Source of the DNA: Chloroflexota bacterium
GTDB lineage: Bacteria; Chloroflexota; Dehalococcoidia; Lucifugimonadales; JACPCL1
Direction of reading: 5' to 3'
Assembly (NCBI GenBank): GCA_016179765.1
Contig: JACPCL010000031.1
Location: 341 to 64,340 of the forward strand
Length of the DNA stretch: 64,000 bases
Below the pieces are notes generated by a model. It was given only the letters and a program-made list of their open reading frames with translations, ran no database searches and was not told the DNA's origin. A program made the position numbers and the translations under genes. Below, piece after piece: positions 54,243 to 63,065 of the stretch. Every line of letters begins with the position of its first letter. Within the stretch, counting starts at the first letter, position 1.

Positions 54243-55208
54243 CTACCCAGCCGCCGCCAGGGCCAGGAGCGCAGCGCCTACGACGCCGGCCTGGTTCCCC
54301 AGCTTCGCCTTCGTGACGATCAGTGAGGCTGTGGCCGACTTGAGCCCCTGCCGTGCCACCACGGCTTGCGCCATCCCCACCAGCTCCGGCATCCCCTCTA
54401 TCACGCCGCCGCCCAGGACCACCATCTCCGGGTTGAAGGCGTTGACCGTCGAGGCTACACCCATACCCAGGTCTTCGCCTATCTGGCGCACCAGCCCTTG
54501 GGCAAAGGCGTCGCCGCTGTGGGCCGCCTCCGAGACGGTGGCCGCCGTGATCATTGATGGGTCTCCCCGGGCCAGCGCAAGCAGCCGCTGGCCAGGCCCT
54601 GGGCTCTGGCGGACCGCCTCCTGCGCCCGCAGGGCAATGGCCCAGCCCCCGGCCAGCGCCTCCAGGCAGCCGCGGCCTCCGCACTTGCAGGGGGGGCCGT
54701 CCTTGTCCACCACCGTATGGCCAATCTCCCCCGCGCTGCCCGCCGCACCGGTGTACAGCTTGCCGTCCAGCACCAGGCCACCGCCGATGCCGGTGCCCAC
54801 AAAGATGCACACCAGGTGGGAAAGCCCCTGCCCCGCGCCCATCTTCCACTCTGCCCAGGTAGCCGCCTGCACGTCGTTCGCCACCGTCACCGGCACGGGC
54901 AGGGCGGCCTGGAGCATCGCCTTGAGGGGCACGTCCCTCCATCCCAGGTTGGGAGAGCCCAGCACCGTCCCGGTGGCAAGGTCTATTTGGCCTGCGAAAC
55001 CAACCCCCACTCCCCTGAGGCGCGCTTTCGGCGCTTGCTGAAGTAGCTCGCTCACCGCCTGCGTGACCTGGGCCAGCCACTCTCTGGGTTCCGCCCCGTA
55101 CCTGCTGGCGAGGCGCACCGATGCCATGAGGCGGCCCTCGGCATCCACAAGGGCCGCCTCCACCTTGGTGCCGCCCACGTCAATGCCAATGGCCGCAAGG
55201 ATGGCCAT
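54243..55208 (-). CDS. ROK-family sugar kinase (glucokinase-like)
   Basis: ATG 55208 follows AGGAGG. IGIDVGGTK; GEIGH...CKCGGRGCLE zinc motif. Confidence 0.85.
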   Translation of the reverse strand: MAILAAIGIDVGGTKVEAALVDAEGRLMASVRLASRYGAEPREWLAQVTQAVSELLQQAPKARLRGVGVGFAGQIDLATGTVLGSPNLGWRDVPLKAMLQAALPVPVTVANDVQAATWAEWKMGAGQGLSHLVCIFVGTGIGGGLVLDGKLYTGAAGSAGEIGHTVVDKDGPPCKCGGRGCLEALAGGWAIALRAQEAVRQSPGPGQRLLALARGDPSMITAATVSEAAHSGDAFAQGLVRQIGEDLGMGVASTVNAFNPEMVVLGGGVIEGMPELVGMAQAVVARQGLKSATASLIVTKAKLGNQAGVVGAALLALAAAG

Positions 55209-55289
55209 AGGGTCCTCCTGCACCAGCTCTCACCTTTGCGCCCATACGCTACACCCCCCCCCAAGTCCCACGCAAGGTGAAGGGGGCCT

Positions 55290-55420
55290 TACCTAACCCC
55301 CTGGCCCCCTTCCCTCAAGGGAAAGGGGAAGAATTGTATCTGGGGGACACCCCCAGACCCCCGCCATCCCGACTTGTCGGGACGCCCCTCTGGACACCCC
55401 TTTCTTCCGCAGCCTGCTAA
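55290..55420 (+). mobile_element. Family A element, 3'-half type, preceded by a CCTAACCCCC hairpin module
   Basis: ...TTGTATCTGGGGGACACCCCCAGACCCCCGCC...CCGCAGCCTG-CTAA. Confidence 0.65.
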
Positions 55421-55803
55421 GGTTGTTTCTGCCTTCCGAACAAAACGGTCATAAGGAACACTTGAACTAGAGCAACTCCTAGTCCCAGGGCGCTCCAGAC
55501 TAGTAGCTGCCTGAGCTTGATCCCTGCTACCACAAAGATTGCAATCGTTGCTAGGGCGACGATAGCTGTTATAACACGCCACGTTTTGCATAGATGTACA
55601 TTCGTTCGAGATTGTGCGGAAGATCCACTTTCCTCCCGCTCAGCACCATACCGAAACTGAGAATGCTTGCCCGTCAATCCCAGCCCAATCGGACCCACAT
55701 ATGCTGCCACTCCGACAAGGATGCCTACTAGGATACCCAGGGCAGCAAATCCAGTGCAGTTAGCTGAATTGCCACTGGCAACCAAGGTTGCGCCGCATGG
55801 CAC
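55417..55803 (-). CDS. Hypothetical small membrane protein in a lower-GC patch
   Basis: GTG start. Hydrophobic segments at both ends. The start is uncertain because the in-frame upstream region is also hydrophobic but lacks an ATG or GTG. Confidence 0.35.
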   Translation of the reverse strand: MPCGATLVASGNSANCTGFAALGILVGILVGVAAYVGPIGLGLTGKHSQFRYGAEREESGSSAQSRTNVHLCKTWRVITAIVALATIAIFVVAGIKLRQLLVWSALGLGVALVQVFLMTVLFGRQKQP

Positions 55804-56053
55804 TAGGAATAGAGCCCCAGCCGTATCGGCTCCTATGATTGCGGCGGCCCATCTCGCGGTAAAGGTCTTCTTCCGTCGGCCAATAACGTATCCTCAGATA
55901 GGGACGCTCGCTATGACGTATGCCCCATACAAAGCCAGCAACACCAACTTGTCGTTCATGGCTCTTGAATCGCTTGATAGAAGGTATACCCTGTAGACGT
56001 TACGGAACCCCCCAGCCCTGTTCCTTGACGCCCTGGGAGGCAAGCTGTAAAAT

Positions 56054-56080
56054 AATTGTTGACCAAGTTAGTCAACAATT
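56054..56080. promoter_or_regulatory. Perfect 10-bp inverted repeat AATTGTTGAC-N7-GTCAACAATT upstream of sufB
   Basis: Lies ~85 nt upstream of the sufB ATG in an AT-rich stretch; overlaps a TTGACC hexamer. Confidence 0.55.
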
Positions 56081-56164
56081 CTCTTTCATAATGGCCGCTG
56101 CTCTTACCCTTCGTCAATCCCCGTCATTGCAACGAAACCCGTCGCCAGCGTCCCAGGAGCCAGC

Positions 56165-57640
56165 ATGACCACCACGCCACAGGTTCAGGAAAGCAACAAA
56201 GAGGTCAAGGCGGCCCTCCGCCAGGAGTACAAGTACGGCTTCGTTACCGAGGTGGAGGCCGAGACCGCGCCCCGCGGCCTGAGCGAGGACACCGTCCGCT
56301 TTATCTCCGAGAAGAAGCGTGAGCCGGAGTGGATGCTCCAGTGGCGGCTGCGCGCTTACCGGCATTTCATGACCCTGCTGGCCAGGGACCAGCACCCCCG
56401 CTGGGCTCACCTCCGGTACCCGGAGATAGACTTCCAGAACATTATCTGCTACTCAGCCCCCAAGCAAAAGAGGAAACTGAACAGCCTGGATGAGGTTGAC
56501 CCGGAGCTACTCAAGACCTATGAGAAGCTGGGCATCTCCCTGGCCGAGCAGAAACGTCTGGCGGGTGTGGCCGTGGACGCCATCTTTGACAGCGTGTCCA
56601 TCGCCACCACCTTCAAGGAGGAGCTGGCCAAGCGGGGCGTCATCTTCTGCGCCATGTCCGAAGCTATCCAGGACCACCCGGAGTTGGTGCGCAAGTACCT
56701 CGGCTCCGTGGTGCCCTATTCCGACAACTTCTACGCCGCCCTGAACGCCGCCGTCTTTTCCGACGGCTCCTTTTGTTACATCCCCAAGGGCGTGCGCTGC
56801 CCCTACGAGTTGACCACCTACTTCCGCATCAATACTCAGGACGTGGGCCAGTTTGAGCGCACCCTGATTGTGGCCGAAGAAGGCGCCTACGTGAGCTACC
56901 TGGAGGGGTGCAGCGCCCCCATGTTTGACACCAACCAGCTCCACGCCGCCGTGGTGGAGCTGATCACTCTGGACAACGCCCAGATCAAATACTCCACCAT
57001 TCAGAACTGGTATCCGGGCGACGCCCAGGGGATGGGCGGCGTCTACAACTTCGTCACCAAGCGGGGCAAATGCCAGGGCAGGAACTCCAGAATCTCCTGG
57101 ACTCAGGTAGAGACCGGCTCCGCCATCACCTGGAAGTACCCCAGCGTCCTGCTGCAAGGCGACGGCTCCATTGGCGAGTTCTACTCCGTTGCCCTCACCA
57201 AAGGCTACCAGCAGGCCGACACCGGCACCAAGATGACCCACATCGGCAAGAACACCCGCAGCACGGTCATTGCCAAGACCATATCGGCGGAGCAGGGCGA
57301 AGGCACCTACCGCGGCCTCGTGAAGGTCATGCCCAGCGCCGAGAACGCCTGGAACTTTACCCAGTGTGACTCCCTGCTCATCGGCGACAGGTGCGGCGCG
57401 CACACGACCCCCTACGTGGAGGTGCGCAACAACACCGCTCACCTGGAGCACGAGGCCTTCACCTCCCGCGTCAGCGAGGAGCAACTCTTCTACTGCAACC
57501 AGCGGGGGATCGGCCTGGAGGAGGCCCATGCCCTTATCATCAATGGCTTCTGCCGGGAGGTGTTCAAGCAGCTCCCTCTGGAGTTCGCCGTAGAAGCCAC
57601 CCGCCTCCTGGAGATGAACCTGGAAGGCACGGTAGGGTGA
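56165..57640 (+). CDS. sufB: Fe-S cluster assembly protein SufB
   Basis: High similarity by eye to SufB (YGF...EPEWM..., C-terminal [15 protein letters not shown]). Confidence 0.95.
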   Translation: MTTTPQVQESNKEVKAALRQEYKYGFVTEVEAETAPRGLSEDTVRFISEKKREPEWMLQWRLRAYRHFMTLLARDQHPRWAHLRYPEIDFQNIICYSAPKQKRKLNSLDEVDPELLKTYEKLGISLAEQKRLAGVAVDAIFDSVSIATTFKEELAKRGVIFCAMSEAIQDHPELVRKYLGSVVPYSDNFYAALNAAVFSDGSFCYIPKGVRCPYELTTYFRINTQDVGQFERTLIVAEEGAYVSYLEGCSAPMFDTNQLHAAVVELITLDNAQIKYSTIQNWYPGDAQGMGGVYNFVTKRGKCQGRNSRISWTQVETGSAITWKYPSVLLQGDGSIGEFYSVALTKGYQQADTGTKMTHIGKNTRSTVIAKTISAEQGEGTYRGLVKVMPSAENAWNFTQCDSLLIGDRCGAHTTPYVEVRNNTAHLEHEAFTSRVSEEQLFYCNQRGIGLEEAHALIINGFCREVFKQLPLEFAVEATRLLEMNLEGTVG

Positions 57641-57644
57641 GATG

Positions 57645-57790
57645 ACCTAACCCCCCAACCCTCTTCCCTATAGGGAAGAGGGAGAACAAGAAAGTGAGGG
57701 TTTGTTTTGCGGCCATGCCGCAAAACAAACCCTCACAAAAAAGAACCCCTCTCCCTTGACGGGAGAGGAATAGGGTGGGGGTAAAACGAT
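57645..57790. repeat. Cluster of hairpin modules filling the sufB-sufC spacer
   Basis: CCTAACCCCCCAACCCTCTTCCCTATAGGGAAGAGGG; GTGAGGGTTTGTTTTGCGGCCATGCCGCAAAACAAACCCTCAC; CCTCTCCCTTGACGGGAGAGG. Confidence 0.7.
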
Positions 57791-57816
57791 TGTATACAGC
57801 ATATACAAGGACACTT

Positions 57817-58659
57817 ATGCTAGAAATACGCGACCTGCACGCATCTATCAACGACGTTGAAATCCTGAAGGGCGTCAACCTCACCGTGAACGCCGGGGAG
57901 TTGCACGCCATCATGGGGCCTAACGGCTCGGGCAAAAGCACCCTGGCCTTCGTCCTGGCGGGCAAGCCCACCTACGCCATCACCAGCGGCCAGGTCCTCC
58001 TGGAAGGGGTGGATATGGTGGGCATGGCCCCCGAGAACCGGGCCAGGGCCGGCCTCTTCCTCTCCTTCCAGCAACCCATGGAAATCCCAGGGGTGCGCCT
58101 GGACCAGTTCCTGCGCGCCGGCTACAACGCCATTCACAAAGCCCGGCGTGAGGAGGAGCTGGACGTGCTGAAGTTTGACCGGCTGCTCACCCGCAAGACC
58201 AAGATGGTGGGCATGGAGGCCGCCCTCACCCGCCGCTACGTCAACGAAGGCTTCTCCGGCGGCGAACGCAAGCGTAACGAGATCCTGCAGATGGCCGTGC
58301 TGGAGCCAAAGCTGTCCATCCTGGACGAGCCGGACTCAGGCCTGGATATTGACGCCGTGCGCATCGTGGCCCAGGGCATCAACCAGCTCCGCACTCCTCA
58401 GAACTCGGTGCTCCTCATCACCCACTACCAGCGCATCCTGAACTACGTGCAGCCGGACTACGTCCACGTCCTCATCAACGGCAGGATTGTGCAGTCCGGC
58501 GATAAGGACCTGGCCCTGCAGGTGGAGGCCGAGGGCTACGACAGGTTTGAGGCGAAGGAGCAGGCGCTTGACCTCTCCCCCTCCTGTCCCCCTCTCCCAA
58601 AGGGAGAAGGGGATGTTTCCCCTTCCCTCCTAGGGAAGGGGGCCAGGGGGTTAGGTTAG
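57817..58659 (+). CDS. sufC: Fe-S cluster assembly ATPase SufC with ~30-aa repeat-derived C-terminal tail
   Basis: MLEIRDLHA...GPNGSGKST, signature FSGGERKR, Walker B ILDEPDSGLD. The tail LDLSPSCPPLPKGEGDVSPSLLGKGARGLG is encoded by hairpin modules. Confidence 0.92.
   Translation: MLEIRDLHASINDVEILKGVNLTVNAGELHAIMGPNGSGKSTLAFVLAGKPTYAITSGQVLLEGVDMVGMAPENRARAGLFLSFQQPMEIPGVRLDQFLRAGYNAIHKARREEELDVLKFDRLLTRKTKMVGMEAALTRRYVNEGFSGGERKRNEILQMAVLEPKLSILDEPDSGLDIDAVRIVAQGINQLRTPQNSVLLITHYQRILNYVQPDYVHVLINGRIVQSGDKDLALQVEAEGYDRFEAKEQALDLSPSCPPLPKGEGDVSPSLLGKGARGLG
58570..58656. repeat. Hairpin modules forming the 3' end of the sufC ORF
   Basis: CCCCTCTCCCAAAGGGAGAAGGGG and CCCCTTCCCTCCTAGGGAAGGGGG...GGGGTTAGG, of the same type as the intergenic modules. 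Confidence 0.75.
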
Positions 58660-58668
58660 AAGGACACC

Positions 58669-60012
58669 ATGACCCAAACACTCGCAACACAAGAGCACGT
58701 CTACCTGGAAGCCTTCCGGGCCTTCCAGCGCAACGGCGCCGTCCACGACCCCGCGTGGGTGCAGGCCCTGCGACAGTCGGCGATGGACCGCTTCATGGAG
58801 TTGCGGTTCCCTACTGCCCGCCGTGGCAACGAGGAGTGGAAGTATACCGACGTGCGCCCTCTGGCGGCGACGCCTTTCCCCCTACCCTCCTCAGCCAACG
58901 CCAAGCCGGCTCCTCAGGAGGTGCGGCTCGCGACCTTTGGTGAGCGCACATGGCATAGGCTGGTTCTGGTAGACGGCCAACCGGCTCCGGACCTCTCCTC
59001 CCTGAATGGCCTGCCAGAAAGGGTAAGGGTCATGGGCCTTGCAGAGGCCGTCACATCGGCGGGAGACCTGGTGCAATCGCACCTGGGCTGCCACGCTGCC
59101 CATCAGTCCGAGGCCTTCGCCGCCCTGAACACCGCCTTCCTGCACCACGGCGCCTTCGTCCACGTCCCCGACGGCGTCTTCCTGGAACAGCCCATTCACC
59201 TCATCTTCATCACCACCAGAGGCCAGCAAGCTGCCTTCCACCCCAGAGTGCTCATCGTCACCGGCAGGGACTCCTCCGCCACAGTGGTGGAGAGCTACCT
59301 GGGCCTGGACAATAGCCGCTACTTCACCAACGTAGTGGCTGAGGTGGCCCTGGGGCGCGGCTCGGCCCTGAAACACTACCGTATACAGCGGCAGAGCGAG
59401 GCTTCCTACCACATCGCCACCACCCAGGTGAACCTCACCGCCAACTCCTCCTTCACCAACGGCGCCTTTGACTTCGGCGGCGGCCTGGTGCGCAACAACC
59501 TGAACGTCCTGGTAGCGGAAGAGGGCAGCAACTGCGCCCTCCACGGCCTCTACATGCCCACCGGCGACCAGCACGTGGATAACCAGGTCATTATTGACCA
59601 CCAGGTGGGCCACTCCGACGTCAAAGAGGTGTACAAGGGCATCCTGAACGGGAGGGCGCGCTCCGTCTTCCACGGCAGCATCATCGTCCAGCCCCATGCG
59701 GCCAAGGTGAACGCTACCCAGGAGGACAAGAACCTGCTGCTCTCCCCCGAAGCCGAGGCGGACACGAAGCCCGCCTTCTGGATATACTGTGACGACGTGA
59801 AGTGCGGCCACGGCGCGGCCTGTGGCCAGATTGACCCCGACGCCCTCTTCTACCTGCGCTCCCGCGGCCTCAGCGAGGCCGCCGCCAAGGGGCTGCTGGT
59901 GCGTGGCTTTGCCGCAGGCATCCTGGACGCCATACAGGTTGAGTCGTTGCGTAAGCACGTGAATAGCATCGTATCTGCCCGCCTGGAGGAGTGGCTAGGG
60001 CAAGAGGCGTAA
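58669..60012 (+). CDS. sufD: Fe-S cluster assembly protein SufD
   Basis: Position in the suf operon and SufB/D-family C-terminal beta-helix region. Confidence 0.9.
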   Translation: MTQTLATQEHVYLEAFRAFQRNGAVHDPAWVQALRQSAMDRFMELRFPTARRGNEEWKYTDVRPLAATPFPLPSSANAKPAPQEVRLATFGERTWHRLVLVDGQPAPDLSSLNGLPERVRVMGLAEAVTSAGDLVQSHLGCHAAHQSEAFAALNTAFLHHGAFVHVPDGVFLEQPIHLIFITTRGQQAAFHPRVLIVTGRDSSATVVESYLGLDNSRYFTNVVAEVALGRGSALKHYRIQRQSEASYHIATTQVNLTANSSFTNGAFDFGGGLVRNNLNVLVAEEGSNCALHGLYMPTGDQHVDNQVIIDHQVGHSDVKEVYKGILNGRARSVFHGSIIVQPHAAKVNATQEDKNLLLSPEAEADTKPAFWIYCDDVKCGHGAACGQIDPDALFYLRSRGLSEAAAKGLLVRGFAAGILDAIQVESLRKHVNSIVSARLEEWLGQEA

Positions 60013-60075
60013 GCCCATACCCCTTCCCTGATGGTCATTAACAAGATAACTTATCTTGCAAGTAGCGGGTCGTTT

Positions 60076-60160
60076 CACCCCTACCTCAATCCTCCCCCTT
60101 GACGGGGGAGGAAGCCCCCTTCTCCCCTTGCGGGGGAAGGCAGGGATAGGGGGTTAGGTG
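60076..60160. repeat. Paired C5/G5 hairpin module in the sufD-sufS spacer
   Basis: TCACCCCTACC...CCTCCCCCTTGACGGGGGAGG...CCTTCTCCCCTTGCGGGGGAAGG...GGGGTTAGGTGA. Confidence 0.75.
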
Positions 60161-60172
60161 AAAGAGAGCATC

Positions 60173-61405
60173 ATGTTTGACCCCAAAGCCATACGGAAAG
60201 ACTTCCCCATCCTGGCGCGCACCGTGCACGGCAAGCCCCTGGTGTACCTGGACAACGCCGCCACCTCCCAGAAGCCGCGCCAGGTTATCCAGACCCTGGT
60301 GGAGTGCTACGAGATGTACAACTCCAACGTCCATCGCGGCGTGCACACCCTCAGCATGGAGGCCACCGAGCGGTACGAGACGGCCCGCCAGAAGGCGGCG
60401 GATTTCATCAAGTCGCCCGCGCCCGAAGGCGTCATCTTTGTCCGCAACACCACCGAGGCCATCAACCTGGTGGCCAGCGCCTGGGCCACGGACAACGTGG
60501 GCAGGGGCGACGAAATCGTTGTCTCAGAGATGGAGCACCACAGCAACCTGGTCCCCTGGCAGAAGGTCGCCGCCCAGAAGGGGGCGCACCTCAAGCTCTT
60601 GCCCGCCACAGACGACGGCGTGATAGACGTCACCGCCCTGGACACCGTTATCACCCCACGAACGAAGCTGGTGTCCGTTGTCCACGTCTCCAACGTCACC
60701 GGCGCGGTCAACCCCGTGAAGGAGATTGGCCGGCGGGCGCACCAGGTGGGCGCGCTGTTCATGCTGGACGGCGCCCAGAGCGTGCCCCACATGCCCGTGG
60801 ACGTGCAAGACCTTGACTGCGATTTCCTCGCCTTCTCCGGCCACAAGATGATGGCCCCGCCAGGCATCGGCGTGCTGTACGCCAGGCTTTCCGTGCTGGA
60901 GAAGATGGAGCCGTTTCTGCGCGGCGGCGAGATGGTGCGCGAGGTGTGGTACGACCACGCCACCTGGAACGACCTGCCCAACAAGTTTGAGGCCGGCACC
61001 CCCAACTTCACCGACGCCGTCGCCCTGGGCGCAGCCATAGACTACCTGAATGCCCTGGGCATGGACGCCGTCCGCCAGCACGAGGTTGAGCTCGGCGCAT
61101 ATGCCCTCAAGGCCTTTGCGCAGTTAGAAGAGGTGGACGTGCTGGGGCCAAAAGACGCCCGCCAGCGGGCCGGCCTGGTGACCTTCACCGCCGGCGACAT
61201 TCACCCCCACGACCTGGGCACGTTCCTTGACCACGAGGGCATCGCCATCCGCACCGGACACCACTGCGTCATGCCCTACCACCGCAAGCTGGGCCTGGTG
61301 GCCACTGGCAGGGCCAGCTTTTACGTGTACAATACCAACGACGAGGTTGATCTCCTGGTCCAGTCCCTAAAGAACGCTCTGGCCTATTTTGCCCATGCTT
61401 CCTAA
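60173..61405 (+). CDS. sufS: Cysteine desulfurase SufS
   Basis: PLP-lysine motif SGHKMMAPPGIG and active-site RTGHHCVMP. Alternative GTG start at 60158. Confidence 0.93.
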   Translation: MFDPKAIRKDFPILARTVHGKPLVYLDNAATSQKPRQVIQTLVECYEMYNSNVHRGVHTLSMEATERYETARQKAADFIKSPAPEGVIFVRNTTEAINLVASAWATDNVGRGDEIVVSEMEHHSNLVPWQKVAAQKGAHLKLLPATDDGVIDVTALDTVITPRTKLVSVVHVSNVTGAVNPVKEIGRRAHQVGALFMLDGAQSVPHMPVDVQDLDCDFLAFSGHKMMAPPGIGVLYARLSVLEKMEPFLRGGEMVREVWYDHATWNDLPNKFEAGTPNFTDAVALGAAIDYLNALGMDAVRQHEVELGAYALKAFAQLEEVDVLGPKDARQRAGLVTFTAGDIHPHDLGTFLDHEGIAIRTGHHCVMPYHRKLGLVATGRASFYVYNTNDEVDLLVQSLKNALAYFAHAS

Positions 61406-61850
61406 CGACCTTGACGAGCTCTACAAAGAGGTCATCCTAGACCACTACCGCAACCCCCGCAACGCCCAGCGCCTGGACGACGCCCATGTGAAGGCCCACG
61501 GCTTTAACCCCTTCTGCGGCGACGAGGTTGACCTGCAACTGCGCCTCAACGGGGACGGCGCTATCCGCGAGGTGGGCTTTCAGGGACGGGGCTGCTCCAT
61601 CAGCCAGGCTTCCGCATCGCTGCTGACAGAGGAGCTAAAGGGCAAGACGCTGGCCCAGACGGAGGCCCTGCGCCAGGCCTTCCGCCGTATGATGATGGGC
61701 GAGCGGCTGACGGATGAGGAGCGGGAGTCTCTGGGGGGCCTGGAGGTGCTGGCAGGCGTGCGCCAGTTCCCGGTGCGCATCAAGTGCGCCCTGCTGGTCT
61801 TCTCCGCCCTGGAGGATGGCATCAAGGAGCACCGTGGCAGGAAGAGATGA
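61395..61850 (+). CDS. sufU: SufU/IscU-like Fe-S scaffold/sulfur acceptor
   Basis: NPFCGDEV, GRGCSIS and IKCALL Cys motifs. 11-nt overlap with sufS. Confidence 0.88.
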   Translation: MLPNDLDELYKEVILDHYRNPRNAQRLDDAHVKAHGFNPFCGDEVDLQLRLNGDGAIREVGFQGRGCSISQASASLLTEELKGKTLAQTEALRQAFRRMMMGERLTDEERESLGGLEVLAGVRQFPVRIKCALLVFSALEDGIKEHRGRKR

Positions 61851-61891
61851 CCTCTCCCCCTGCACGGGCCGTGCCCCGACAAATGGGCAAT

Positions 61892-61960
61892 AAGAAACCC
61901 TGGGCTTAAGTCCAGGGTTTCTTCATCCTCTTGTAGGGGTGCAGCATGCTGCACCCCTAC
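61892..61960. repeat. Family E composite (hairpin 61892-61923, palindrome 61933-61960); likely the suf operon terminator
   Basis: AAGAAACCCTGG-GCTTAAGT-CCAGGGTTTCTT, then GTAGGGGTGCAGCATGCTGCACCCCTAC, which is identical to 50395-50422. Confidence 0.8.
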
Positions 61961-62010
61961 GGGATGGCCGGGAAAGCGGCTACCGCCGCAACTGGCGGCG
62001 CAGGGCAAAT

Positions 62011-62040
62011 ATAAACCCAGGGCTTAAGCCCTGGGTTTAT
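62011..62040. terminator. 30-nt perfect palindrome ATAAACCCAGGGCTTAAGCCCTGGGTTTAT at the 3' end of the GT2 gene
   Basis: The GT2 stop codon (62024-62026) lies at the centre of the palindrome. Confidence 0.6.
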
Positions 62041-62773
62041 GAGGCCTTTCCACCCCCGGTATGCCGCCGAAGCGCAGCCGCAGCAGGCCCTTCACGTCCT
62101 CCCAGGCGGTGCGCAGGATGCGGACGCGGGTGTCGGGGTCGTCAGTCCACGTGACGGGTACGCCCGCCAGTTTGAAGCCGCGCTTCTCGGCAATGAGCAG
62201 CAACTCCGTGTCAAAGAACCAGGCGTTGTCTTTGATGTGGGGCAGGATGGCCTGGGCCGCCGGGTGGGTGATGGCCTTAAATCCGCACTGGGCATCGGAA
62301 AAGCGGCTCCAGAACAGCAGCTTGATGAGCACATTGTAGCCGCGGGAGGTGACCTCCCGTTTGAGCCTGCGCTTGTACACCCTGGCTCCCCTGGCCAAGC
62401 GGGAGCCGTAGGCGACATGGGCGCCCTGCTCCAGGGCCTTGACCATCAGGGGAAACGCCTTGATGTCCGTGGAGAGGTCCACGTCCATGTAGCTCAGGAT
62501 GCCGGCGCTGCTCTCCTGCCAGGCGCGTTTGAGGGCGCGGCCCCGTCCCCGCTGCTCCAGGCGAATGTAGCCAACGTCGGGCAGCTCCGCCGCCATGCGT
62601 AGTCCTATCTCCTGGGTGCGGTCGTCAGAGCCGTTGTCGGCGATGACGATGCGGTACGGGTTGGGGATGGCCGCTGGCAGGAACTCCCGCAGCCGCGCGA
62701 TGCAGCCAGGCAGCGCCACCTCCTCGTTCAGCACGGGGATGACGATGTCCACGGAGGGGTAGGAGGTGGTCAT
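62024..62773 (-). CDS. Family 2 glycosyltransferase (dolichyl/polyprenyl-phosphate glycosyltransferase-like)
   Basis: ATG 62773; VDIVIPVLNEE...IADNGSDDRT...MDVDLS motifs. The track ORF starts earlier at 62893. Confidence 0.85.
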   Translation of the reverse strand: MTTSYPSVDIVIPVLNEEVALPGCIARLREFLPAAIPNPYRIVIADNGSDDRTQEIGLRMAAELPDVGYIRLEQRGRGRALKRAWQESSAGILSYMDVDLSTDIKAFPLMVKALEQGAHVAYGSRLARGARVYKRRLKREVTSRGYNVLIKLLFWSRFSDAQCGFKAITHPAAQAILPHIKDNAWFFDTELLLIAEKRGFKLAGVPVTWTDDPDTRVRILRTAWEDVKGLLRLRFGGIPGVERPHKPRA

Positions 62774-63051
62774 GGTTGCCGTCCCATCTCCTCTTCCTCG
62801 CGCCGGAACTCCTCCCTGCGCTCTGCCATCAACTCCTCTGACCCCAGCACACCTGGTGGGATAACGCTCCGGTCGTAGCTCCCTGACCTCCACAGCGCGT
62901 CTACCATGAGCTCAAATACGATCTGCCTGCCCTCTACGCGGGCGATAAAGATATCGCCCTCAAAGAGGCGAAGCTGCTTACGGATAGCCGCAGGAAGGGT
63001 CATCCGTCCATTTCCGTGAAGACGAGCAGCACTACGTGTCGGAGCAGACAT
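62770..63051 (-). CDS. AbrB/MazE/SpoVT-type small DNA-binding-domain protein
   Basis: 93 aa. GRMTLPAAIRKQLRLFEGDIFIARVEGRQIVFE is swapped-hairpin-like. ATGA overlap with the GT2 start. The longer 205-aa track ORF was rejected. Confidence 0.55.
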   Translation of the reverse strand: MSAPTRSAARLHGNGRMTLPAAIRKQLRLFEGDIFIARVEGRQIVFELMVDALWRSGSYDRSVIPPGVLGSEELMAERREEFRREEEEMGRQP

Positions 63052-63065
63052 GAGGTTGTCCTTTT

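Noticed and set aside
56059-56093. A canonical sigma-70 promoter for sufB built from TTGACC (56059) and ATAATG (56088).
   Set aside because: The spacer would be 23 nt, and I found no alternative hexamer pair with 16-18-nt spacing. Only the palindrome is reported.
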